Source: Octopus sinensis (lineage: Eukaryota). From it: DNA of 64,000 bases. The first letter of the stretch is position 1. Each line of letters starts with the position of its first letter. Made by a program: the position numbers and the translations under genes. Positions 53,265 to 64,000 of this stretch are shown here, in pieces. The stretch covers positions 13,888,001-13,952,000 of the forward strand of contig NC_043003.1 in NCBI RefSeq assembly GCF_006345805.1, read 5' to 3'. A model generated the notes under the pieces. It made no database searches, was not told the DNA's origin, and saw only the letters and a list, made by a program, of their open reading frames with translations.

Positions 53265-54280
53265 CTCTGATTGAAAAGACCATACTCAAAGACTTTCCAA
53301 GCATGACCATCCAACTTTTTTTCTGTAAGTCATATTATGATTTAGGCTACATTATCCAATGTGTTTTTTTATAGAGAGTAAAGCAGCATGGCTGCTATTT
53401 CTGGCAGAACGAGTGACCACAAATAGACTTCCTATCAGATTGAACAGACCATACTCAAAGACTTTCCAAGCATGACCATCCAACTTTTTTTCTGTAAGTC
53501 ATATTATGATTTAGGCTACATTATCCAATGTGTTTTTTTTTATGGAGAGTAAAGCAGCATGAGAGAGACATGGCTGCTATTTCTGGCAGAACAAGTGACC
53601 ACAAATAGACTTCCGATGTATGTGATAATGTAACAGCTGCTGATTGTAATTTAGAGTATTGATGTTGCTTTGGTTTAACTCCAAACTGTCTCTGATTGAA
53701 CAATCAATATTCAAGTATTTTCTGGCCATGACCATCCAACCGCTTGTAGTCGTGTTATAATTTAGACGACATTACGCAATGCATTCTTTACAAAGACAAG
53801 AAGGTAGCATTTGAGAGAATCTGGCTGCTATTTCTAGCAAAACGAGTGACCACATATAGGCTCCTTTTTGGGGGAATGTTAAGATTTTGCATCAGGGAAC
53901 AATGTAGCAAAGTCCTTTTCAATGACGACAGTAAGGTAGCATTTGAGAGAGAGTTAGCTGTTATTTCTAGCAGAACGAGTGACCACATATAGGCTCCTTT
54001 TTGGTGGATGCTAAGATTTTGCATCAATGTAGCAAAGTCCTTTTCAATGGTAGTAAGGTAGCATTTGAGAGAGATTTGACGGCTATTTCTAGCAGAACAA
54101 GTGACCACATATAGGCTCCTTTTTGGGGGATGTTAAGATTTTGCATCAGGGAACAATGTAGCAAAGTCCTTTACAATGACAGTAAGGTAGCATTTGAGAG
54201 AGATCTGGCTGCTATTTCTAGCAAGACAGGTGACCACATATAGGCTTCTTGTTGAGTTGTTTAGGTTTTGCATCATGGAA
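53265..54280 (+). repeat. Compound array: three ~170-bp units followed by four 120-130-bp units related to the 44.1-kb array
   Basis: AAGGTAGCATTTGAGAG recurs at ~53801, 53933, 54055 and 54184. The shared motif GGCTGCTATTTCT(A/G)GCAGAAC also occurs in the upstream units. Confidence 0.9.
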
Positions 54281-54593
54281 TTACAAGTTATTTATTTGTA
54301 ATCCATACAAAAGAACAACTCATTCTGATCTCATTAAAAATAGAATTGAAATAAAATTCGATCTACACCTGTTTCCAATCAATCGGTGTTGGTATCAATG
54401 ACCTTTTCTCGAACGTGGATGCCGTGAAACAATAGCATAGTGGCCATCCAGCCAAGAGGTCAGTGATTTCTATCCTTCCAACAGCAACATAATTTGGTCC
54501 ATAGTCAAGAAGCGTCAAATGGCTCAGTGCACCTAACACAAAATATCCTTAAGTGATATAGTTCTATATTTAAGAGACGAGTAATATACATTA

Positions 54594-55004
54594 CTAGCAT
54601 TATCGCCCGGCGTTGCTCGGGTTTGTTTCGACCCTTTAGAATTGGAATTTTTGAAAAGTAAAAATTTTGCTTTATGTAGCTTGTTATTCTCTTTAAGTGA
54701 ACATTTTCCTGGTTGAAATACACCGAAAAATGGCATCACAGCAGTAAAAAAATAGTAAAAAAAATAGGGATTTTCATAGAAAAAAAAGCACCTTTTTGAT
54801 GTAAATAATTTTTGGTGTAAATAATTTTTAGTGCTAACATGGTCCGATTTGAATTTTTTCTTCTACGGAATGAAGAGCAAACCTTCTTCTATCATACTCT
54901 CAATTTTGGTCAACTTGTGCCGCAGGGTCTCGGAGGAGATAGTGTTAGTTAAAGGCTACCAAACCTGCGAACCTGCCATAATTTCAGCTTTATATATATA
55001 TATT
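54594..55004 (-). mobile_element. Non-autonomous Helitron, second copy
   Basis: The minus-strand 3' end reads CCCGAGCAACGCCGGG-CGATAATG-CTAG-T, the classic Helitron hairpin plus CTAG. Confidence 0.8.
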
Positions 55005-55014
55005 TACATTTGAC

Positions 55015-55250
55015 GGGCATATGGCGTAGTGGTTAAAAGCATGGGCTACTAACCCCAAGATTCCGAGTTCGATTCCAAGCAATGACCTGAATAATGATGA
55101 TAATAATGATAACATTGAAAAATACCTTAGGAATGAGAACCCAGGTTCGAAATTTCTCCAAGACACCTGATGAAGGCTGGAGGGTATATCAGCCGAAATA
55201 TTGTGTTAACAACAAAAAAGATGAGGACAAACATCCGTCAAATGTAAATA
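55015..55250 (+). mobile_element. tRNA-headed SINE-like element (family H) with (AAT/GAT)n spacer and hammerhead-containing tail
   Basis: A box TGGCGTAGTGG, B box GAGTTCGATTCC, anticodon-like arm GGG-CTACTAA-CCC, then an AAT/GAT repeat and a unique tail. Homologous pieces lie at 1-166 (-) and 173-297 (+). Confidence 0.7.
55162..55207 (+). ncRNA. Minimal type I hammerhead ribozyme-like motif in a SINE tail
   Basis: GACAC-CTGATGA-A-GGCTG(gagggtatat)CAGCC-GAAA-TA-TT-GTGTT. Helix I is GACAC/GTGTT, the core CUGAUGA and GAAA are intact, helix II is 5 bp, and helix III is the palindrome AATATT. Predicted cleavage after 55202. Confidence 0.7.
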
Positions 55251-56591
55251 CTGTATCCTTAAGTGATGTTTTATTAAACTGGCATCGAGTGTAACAGTTT
55301 GGAGAGATATGGATTCTAGGAATGATATGTCTTCAATGATGCCATTAAGAGCCTATGGGTTATGCGATTTGTCGAACTTGGCTTTTGTTGTATCACGGGA
55401 GGGTCATTCTGCCAATAACGAACACACACACTGATTTCATTTCACTTGTTTTATAATTAGCACAAGGCCAGCAATTTTGGAGGAAGGGGCAAATCAATTG
55501 CATCAACCCCAGTATTCAACTAGTACCTATTTCATTGACCCTGAAAGGCAAAGTCGATCCCGGCGGAATTTGAACTTGGAACATGCTAACAATTCTGCCA
55601 GCTTGCCACCTCACCGACTGGAAATATTACATTTAAAACTAAGGCAGCAAACCGACAGAATTGGTACTGCAGTAGACAAAATTCTTAGCAGCATTTCTTT
55701 TGCCCTTACATCGTGAGTTCAAATGCCACCATGGTCGACACTGTCTTTCATCTTTTCGGCTTCTATAAAATAAGTGTTAGTTGAGCACTGGGGTTAATCT
55801 AATTGATTTAGCTCCTTCCTCCGAATTCCTGACCTTGTGCCAAAATTTGAAATCAATTTTACATTGAAAACTATTTTGTTATTTGGTGAAAAGTACCGCA
55901 GACTTTTCAATTTCTTTCATGTTTATAAACTTCATAGTATAATAGCCACAGAATCAAAACATTTATCCGCTTAAACTACTTGTCGCAAATATTTCTTCCA
56001 AACACCAAAGTTCCTTCTAGCCATATCAAATTCTATACAAAAACAATAACAAGATGACATGGACGAGATATAAATTCAGTGCTTACCAAGAAATGAAATT
56101 TGTCATTCTAAAGCTATTTGCATATTGGCTAATATTGTGTTGGGGTGAAACACTTTTTATTGGTACTAGTAATTCTAAAAACCTAAACACTGGCCAAGCA
56201 TTAAAAATATGACCATTACAAATGATATTGATACAGAACTGGAACTAAAGAAAAGGAAGAGTATTAAAAGTATGTTTTATGTCTTCAGGGGCTGTTTAAA
56301 ACTTGTGTTTTGCTCAGTTTTCAGAGCATAAAAATTAACCTTTCCTTTATCATATTTTTATTGACATACAGTGCTTCACTCTTTTACTGTTTTATTTGTT
56401 TCAGTCATCTGGCTGTGGCCATGCTGGAGCACCGCCTTTAGTTGAACAAATCGACTCCAGGATTTATTCTTTGTAAGCCTAGTATTTATTCTATTGGTCT
56501 CTTTTTCTGAACCGCTAAGTTATGGGGACATAAACACACTAGCAGCAGTAGTCAAGTGATGTTGGGGGGACAAACACAGACACACAAACAT

Positions 56592-56634
<43 letters not shown>

Positions 56635-59377
56635 GTGCATATATACAATGGGCTTCTTTCAGTTTCCATCTACCAAATCCACTCACAAGGCTTTGGTCGG
56701 CCCAAGGCTATAGTACAAGACACTTGCCCAAGGTGCCACGCAGTGAGACTGAACCCGGAACCATGTGGTTCGTAAGCAAGCTACTTACCACACAGCCACT
56801 CCTATGCCTGGAAAATAAAGTTTTACCTTTTGCTTGTTTCAGTCATTGGATTGCAGCCATGCTGGGGCACTGCCCTGAAGAATTTTAGTTGAATGAATCA
56901 AACCCAGTGTTTATCATTTCTTTGGTAAAGCCTGATGCTTATTCTATCGGTCTCTTTTGCTGAACTGTTAAATTACAGGGATGTAAACACACCAACACCG
57001 GTTGCCAAGCAATGTGGGTGAGGGACAAGACATACACAAAGGGTGAGCGTGGACACACACACATTGGACTTCTTTCAGTTCCAGTCAACAGAATCCACTC
57101 ACAAGGTGTTGGTCAGCCTGGTGCTATAGTATAAGGTACTTACCAAAGTACTTATTTTATTGAATGTGAAAGGAAGAAAGGCAAAGTTAACCAAGGTGGT
57201 ATTTGAACTCAGATTGTAAAGGCAGAGGAAATGCTGCTAAGTATTTTGTCCGGCATTGTAACAGTTCAGCCAGCTTGCTGCCTTAGTTTTAAATGTAATA
57301 TTTCCAATCAATATTTCTGCTGAGCTGGCAGAATTGTTAGCACGCCGGGCAAAACGCTTAGCGGCATTTTATCTGTCTGTATGTTTTGGGTTCAAATTCC
57401 GCCGAGGTTGACTTTGCCTTTCATCCTTTTGGGGAGTCAATAAATTAAGTACCAGTTGAACACTAGGGTCAATGTAATCGACTAACACCCCCTCCTCCAA
57501 AATTCTTGGCCTTGTGCCAAAATTTGAAACCCACATTTCCAGTCAATATGGTGGCGAGCTGGCGGAATCGTTAGCATGCCAGGCAAAATGCTTAGCAGTA
57601 TTTCATACGTCTTCATGTTCTGAGTTCAAGTTCTGCTGGGGTCGGCTTCAGTCCCACTTGTCCATGGCAGTGGGACTGAACCCAGAACTATGTCGTTGGG
57701 AAACAAACTTCTTAATCTCACAGCCATACCTGCACCTATAATCCCAGATAAACTAATATCTGTTATTTCCATTCAAAAGAACAGCATGTGGAATTAATAA
57801 GTGCACAGTCCAAGGCCACAACAAAATATCTGCAGTGGACTTGAACCGAAAACCTTTGAGAAATCAGCTACTCTATGCATGGAATCAGAAACTCACCAAA
57901 CAATAGAGAAACAGGCATCTCTGACAATGATAATGGAAGCGAGAAGCTTAAGAATTATTTCAAATGCGAAGCCTTATGGATACGACCAGAGGCAGCAAAA
58001 CTTCCCAGCAAACAGGGAGTGGATATGGTATGGATGGTGGTTGGGACACCTGCAGTGGTTGATTCAGGGAGGACATGAGGAAAATAGCAGTGGCAGTAGT
58101 TAGGCATTAAGGAGGGGAAATTTATAGAAGTAGTTTGAATTGAGAAAGCAACGTAGAAACAGAGAAACAGTTCCTGTTTCTTTTCAATAAAATTATAAAT
58201 TATATCATAATTCTAGTGGGAAATTATTTGTTTTAATCAATATATTAATCAATAGTAAACTAATGGTAAACCATTTTTCTAGTCTTTTGTAAAGACAGCA
58301 TACTCCATATTACTGATAGTGGAATGACATTTATATTCAATATGCCAGTGAATACAATGAAAGATTTACTGTTCTGTTGTGATTATGGAAAAACAACACA
58401 CAACATAAAGAACACCATTATATTTTTCGAGTTAATTTCAAAAGAGTAACAAAGAGAGCGAAAGCTTTGCAGAAATCAAATTTAACAGACACTAAGTGTT
58501 AAGTCATATCTGGAGAACGCATTTTATTGATAATATTGTACTTTCAACTGACATAAAGGGTTGACAAGCAACAACAATAAGCTTCCCCCCCCCCGCCACC
58601 ATCGTCACCGACACACACAAGATACATTGGAGATTTCGCTCTCTTTGTTAGTGAGTAGTTGTGCTGTTCTTGTCGTTGTTGATGTTGTTGTTGTTATTAT
58701 TGCTGTTGTTGTTATTGTCTTCATCACTGATGCAGCAGCATTTATTTTCTGCAGTGTGAACTTCCACTGCTGTAAAACTTGCTTGCATTCTGGAAAAGAG
58801 GCAGCGTCAGAGCTGATCTCAGATCGATTGACAGTCGGGTTGAATAGCTTTCCTTCACCAGATTGATAGATGAGGTCAGAGGTGTCACAGCTCAATAATA
58901 TAGTTAATAACAAGCAGTTGGGCCCATTCTGCTTTTGTTATTGTAATGGCACAGCAACGACAAAACAGACGGATATGCTGGGTTTATAATTACTAAAGCT
59001 GTATGTAGAATGGCAGTGGCATTATCGAATTGTATACTGAGAATGCTGAAAGGCAGCGGACCTAACAGATTTACCATTCAAAAGAGAACAGCAAGACTCG
59101 GTTGAAGCAAAGAGACAAGTGAAAGCAACACAAACAAAAACAAGAAGCATAATCTCTTTTCTCTCTGAATTGTGTTTGCGTGTGTACGTGTATGTGTATG
59201 CCTATAGTTCTATATGTATACGTGTATGCTGTTCGTGTGTGCGAACATGTGCATGTATATTGTATGTATGTGTGCATGAATGCATACTGTATCTCTATGT
59301 ATGCACGTAAGCTGTTCTTGTATATGAACATATACAGGCATACTTGCGCTTGTATTGCATGTATATATATGTGTGTA

Positions 59378-59505
59378 TATGTGTCTATGTGTTGTCTTTG
59401 TGTATGGCTGTATTGTGTGTCTATGTGTTGTCTTTGTGTATGGCTGTATTGTGTGTCTATGTGTTGTCTTTGTGTATGGCTGTATTGTGTGTCTATGTGT
59501 ATGGC
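59378..59505. repeat. 36-bp minisatellite, ~3.5 copies
   Basis: TGTGTGTCTATGTGTTGTCTTTGTGTATGGCTGTAT repeated. This explains the HIDTQYSHTQRQ repeat ORF. Confidence 0.9.
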
Positions 59506-59731
59506 CATCATTGTGTTGTGTGTGTCCATGTATTTTAGCTGCAATATAAATACAAATGAAAAATTAAAAACTGGTATAATTACAGACAAAAGTTGCTTGT
59601 GTTCTGATCTTACGGAGAGAGAAAGTAATGTTCAAAATGTTTGATTGAGTTTCAAAAGAGAGGTGTTTGTAGGAGGTTTTTATTGGAAATCCTGTTACTT
59701 GCTCTTCTTTTTTCTTTCTCTTCTTTCTTTC

Positions 59732-59767
<36 letters not shown>

Positions 59768-60329
59768 TCAATACACAAAAGATTCAGTGTTGTCCATTTT
59801 AAAATATAATTGCTAGGTGACGATTTACTAGATTTCAAGTATAACAGCTTATCATGTGGTTTATTGGAAGAAAACTGTATAACGTGCTGTCATACCATGA
59901 TTCGACGTCAGGAAGAAACTAAATGGGGAAATACAAAATCAAACGAGTAAGGTGAGGACGGGGAGGGAGCCGAGGGAGGTGAGTATAACATTATATATAC
60001 CACATCGATATTAGGAAAGAATGGTATGACTGATCATACGTTTGTGTTCCAAGAGACCAGAATCAAGTCGACATTTACAAGACAGACCATTATTTTAAAA
60101 CATCAGAATATCTGTGGATACGCAAACAACATTCAACATTATTATTATTGCATAGGAAATCAGTGCTGGCAAAAATCAATATACCGAAACAAGATTTCTT
60201 TTCTTTACATCAGAGCCAGCCTATACAAGTGAACTAGCTTCACCAGATAGGGGGGGGGAGATTTGTGTGGAATATTGGATGTACGAATAATGCCGTTGGC
60301 TGTCACATAGGGAGATCAAACTCTACTCT

Positions 60330-61085
60330 TGGCATCTAGATCAGAGAAGCTGTGAGAATAGCCGATGTTCTCACATAGCTGTGGGTCGTCGGAGAAACAG
60401 GATAAGAGGCTGGACACACTTAGCAAAAAAAAAAAAAATGGAATCCAAGCTTAACACCCGAATTTTAAAAGCAGTCTTAAACGTATCTCGGAGAACTCAT
60501 CCCACCAAGAAACAGCTGTATGGAGATCTTCTACCTGTTTCCACTGTAGCAAGTAGCCGTTTTTAAATAAGTGCCCTGGCATCTAGATCAGAGAAGCTGT
60601 GAGAATAGCCGATATTCTCACGTAGCTGTGGGTCGTCGGAGAAACGGGATAACAGGCTGGACACACTTAGCAAAAAAAAAAAAAAGAAAGAAAAACTGGA
60701 ATCCAAGCTTAACACCCGAATTTTAAAAGCAGTCTTAAACATATCTTGGAGAACTCATCCCACCAAGAAACAGCTGTATGGAGATCTTCTGCCTGTTTCC
60801 ACTGTAGCAAGTAGCTGTTTTTAAATAAGTGCCCTGGCATCTAGATCAGAGAAGCTGTGAGAATAGCCGATATTCTCACGTAGCTGTGGGTCGTCAGAGA
60901 AACAGGATAACAGGTTGGACACACTTAGCAAAAAAAAACCCAAAAAAACTGGAATCCAAGCTTAACACCCGAATTTTAAAAGCAGTCTTAAACATATCTT
61001 GGAGAACTCATCCCACCAAGAAACAGCTGTAGGGAGATCTTCTACCTGTTTCCACTGTAGCAAGTAGCTATTTTTGAATAAGTGC
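60330..61085 (+). repeat. Three tandem ~250-bp units containing an RTE ORF2 fragment
   Basis: Units start TGGCATCTAGATCAGAG at 60330, 60577 and 60835. Each encodes ESKLNTRILKAVLN(V/I)S(W/R)RTHPTKKQLYGDLLPVS. Confidence 0.9.
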
Positions 61086-61339
61086 GCCAATTTGTGGTAG
61101 CTGGCAATATGACATAATGTCGTATTGCCAAAGAAATTTGATTGTCGTTTTTCCATTGGTTAATATAACTGCTCATATAGGAATTCTAAGAGTTACTTAA
61201 AGAATATTTGTATGTAATTTTGATTCTTTAAAGTCAAGTTTAGCAGTTATAAAAACCCAGAATTTTGGGAAAAACTTCAGTGTTTGTTAGATGTAACTAA
61301 ACTCCACGACACTCACTCCTTTGAGACATTGATGATTTT

Positions 61340-61606
61340 TCATGCCATGTCCAAGGAAAATCCAACACCACTATCATAAGGGAAAGGTGCTTCTGCTATG
61401 CCGGACATTGCTGGTAAGTTAAACAAGAGGTGGCAAGTGACTGACTCTAGGGATACCAAAGCATGGCTGTACTCGAGCAGATCGTCCAAACACAGCATAT
61501 GTAGATCAACTCCCTCCCCAAAGACCTCCCTCAATGCGGGACTTAGATGAAAAACATGAATGAGTTAAAAATGACCAAGCAAGCTCGGCCAAATGATGAT
61601 AATGAT
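61340..61606 (+). mobile_element. Decayed RTE LINE 3' end
   Basis: RERCFCYAGHCW*...HGCTRADRPNTAYVDQL followed by a TGATGATAATGAT tail. Confidence 0.75.
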
Positions 61607-62429
61607 TCAGAGAAATGTCAACATTTGAGCAAATAGTTGAACAAATCGACCCTTTGTAAGCCTAGTTCTTATTCTATCAGTCTCTTAAACTGAACCGCTA
61701 AGTTATGGGGATGTAGACACACCAATATCAGTTGTCAAGCGATGGTAGGGGGACAAACACAGACACATAAATACATACATATATATATACATTGGGCTTC
61801 TTTCCGTTTCCATCTACCAAATTCACTCACAAGGCTTTGGTCAGCCCAAGGCTATAGTAGAAGACACTTGCCCATGGTGCCATGCAGTGGGATTGAACCC
61901 GGAACCATGTGGTTAGTAAGCAAGTTACTCACCACACAGCCACTCCTGTGCTTATTTGTTTGCAAAATAAATACAAGATTTTAAAAAATTGTCAACTTTT
62001 ATCATATTCATTATATATATATATATTATTTCTGGTATAAATTGATATTACTAAGAAATATCACCAGTCCTTGGTACATTGGGGGGGGGGGACTGCCGGT
62101 TCGCCACATCAGACTATTTGAGAAGCACTGACCAAGCACAATAGCAGTGGCCAGTGGTCAAGAAAAACTACATTGAGAAACAATATTAGAGATGATGAGA
62201 AAGTGTCCACAGATCTCCTCTTTGGTTTTATGCTTCACAATATGAGATGTTTGGAACTTTCACAGCTGTCCACATTGGGCAACGAGACTTCTGGAGATGT
62301 TAACAGAAACAGAATGATTCCCCATTCAAGGAGAGATATATCTCTCATCTGCTTAATAACATGAAACGAAAGTTAAACCCAACCCTTAGAGGGTCTAGAG
62401 AGGTTTTGAGGAAAGACACACACACACAC

Positions 62430-62472
<43 letters not shown>

Positions 62473-62535
62473 TAGTTGTGAAATTCTTAGGTTCGCAATG
62501 TCAGACTAAAAAAGACTAACATTGATGGTGGTGTT

Positions 62536-62912
62536 TGTTTGTTGAGCGAAGCGGTCTTCGTCCCAGAGCTCGCATGATCGCGCCTCTGTAGTGGGAGAAG
62601 TCCGAAACGTGATCCTTTGCTATTCGTAAGAGCTGCAGAAGAGAAAGCAGGTCAACCCCCAACACTGAGAGCATCGACGGATGGATGAATGCGCATCCAT
62701 GCTCAGTGGTTGCGTAGGAAGTCGGGGATAAGAAATAGGAAGAAAGAGTGAGAGAAAGAGTACAACAGGGGTCGCCACCAACCCCTGTCGGAGCTTCGTG
62801 GAGCTTTAGGTATTTTCGCTCAATAAACACACACAACGCCCGGTCTGGGAATCGAAACCGCGATCCTCCGACCGCGAGTCCGCTGCCCTAACCACTGGGC
62901 CATTGCGCCTCC
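62536..62912 (-). mobile_element. SINE family C head with a third, GC-rich tail; 14-bp TSD with one mismatch
   Basis: TTGATGGTGGTGTT at 62522-62535 and TTCATGGTGGTGTT at 62913-62926. The CpG-rich head suggests a young copy. Confidence 0.85.
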
Positions 62913-64000
62913 TTCATGGTGGTGTTGGGAGAGACTTAAAATAGTTTTCATTCAGACAGAGCAAGCTATGTCTTGTTATAATAAACTTAGAGAAGAGGGT
63001 AAATATAGGCGATCGGTTGCCACTTGCCAAGTCAGCAAAAAGCTTTCGTTCTTTTAAGGGAAAATATGTGAGACTAAGGAAAGTGTTAGTCGTTTGTTAG
63101 TCAGGTGAAATGGTAAGAAGAAAACGAGAAAGCATAACTGGTTGCGAAGTTTTATTTGCTAGGACTTTGGTTTTCTATTCAAGCGATTAAGAAAAGAAAA
63201 TTAAAACTGATAAAAGGTGTAGTTTGATAATAGAACTGAAAGGAGACTTAAAGATAGTTGAAACATGAAAGAAATTTCAGGAAGTAAAAACGAGAGAAAA
63301 GAGAGAGATGTAAAGCAAATCTTATTAAGGGAAATTCAGAAAATGAATTATCTATTGTCACTAATTATGACCAATGACAGCAACAACAAAAACGAACAAG
63401 GAAAACAATGACCTTCGTTAGCTTCATCAAAAGATAAACAGTATCAAGTTAGTTTGGTTACTTCCTGTAAAGTGGGGGGACTGTTTTGGGCAGCTTAATC
63501 AGATATTGTTACCAGTAACCTACTTTAAGCAAACCAAATAGTTTATAGCCACGGCCCAAGCTAGAGAAACTCTCTTATAAGTTGCATAGTGGCAGTTTGT
63601 GTACTAGATGTGTAGGAAAGAAAGAAAGAGAATAAGAAGAAGCAACGCCCATCAACACTAGACAAGCACTAGATTCTCTCTCTCTTTCTTTCTTTCTTTC
63701 TCTCTCTCTCTTTCTTTCTTTCTTTCTCTCTCTTTCTTTCTTTCTCTGCCACTTAAAATGTTAAAATGAATAAACAACGAATACTTCTCATAACTAATGA
63801 TCTGTTGTAAACAACTGTATAAAGTAGAGATCCAACTTTTTTTATTTTTTTATCGTTTCACTTACCCGTCCCTACCCTGAAGACAATCGGGCCCCGGCTG
63901 GCCGGCCCGACTCCCCCCACCCCCACCCACCCCACCTGCAAAAACCCCCCGATACATGAATAAATAAATGAAATAAATAAATAGATAGATAGATAGATAA

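Noticed and set aside
58605-58913. 102-aa minus-strand ORF in semi-unique sequence
   Set aside because: No recognisable domain, a third is (AAC)n-derived, and there is no convincing splice pair.
62836-62912. tRNA-like sequences (also 55015-55085, 9410-9483, 23676-23750)
   Set aside because: Acceptor stems are broken and each continues into a SINE body, so they are SINE heads and not tRNA genes.
1021-63000. Many 60-170 aa ORFs rich in YI/HT/CV dipeptides, and recurring peptides such as GYSRRHLPKVPRSGTEPGTMW
   Set aside because: They are translations of (TA)n/(CA)n microsatellites and SINE bodies, not genes.

Overview
AT-rich, extremely repeat-dense eukaryotic DNA. The SINE families and microsatellite load resemble an octopus/cephalopod genome (inference). 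No intact or recognisable host protein-coding gene is present, and nearly all listed ORFs are translations of microsatellites or SINEs. The window holds dozens of copies of at least five tRNA-headed SINE families (A-D and H, my labels), non-autonomous RTE 3'-end repeats, decayed RTE LINE fragments, mariner/pogo/hAT/piggyBac-like MITEs, non-autonomous Helitrons, local tandem duplications, two related satellite-like arrays and four long fold-back inverted repeats. The most interesting signal is four sequence-unrelated minimal type I hammerhead-ribozyme folds of the kind known from Penelope-like retroelement termini. One lies in the tail of a tRNA-headed SINE (55015-55250). One has the conserved C3-G8 core pair swapped to G3-C8 (18218-18269). 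One has a 78-nt helix II insert (9751-9871). One is present on both strands of a fold-back (17505-17757). All folds were derived by eye, and catalytic activity is untested. Repeat boundaries are approximate unless a TSD or TIR is cited.
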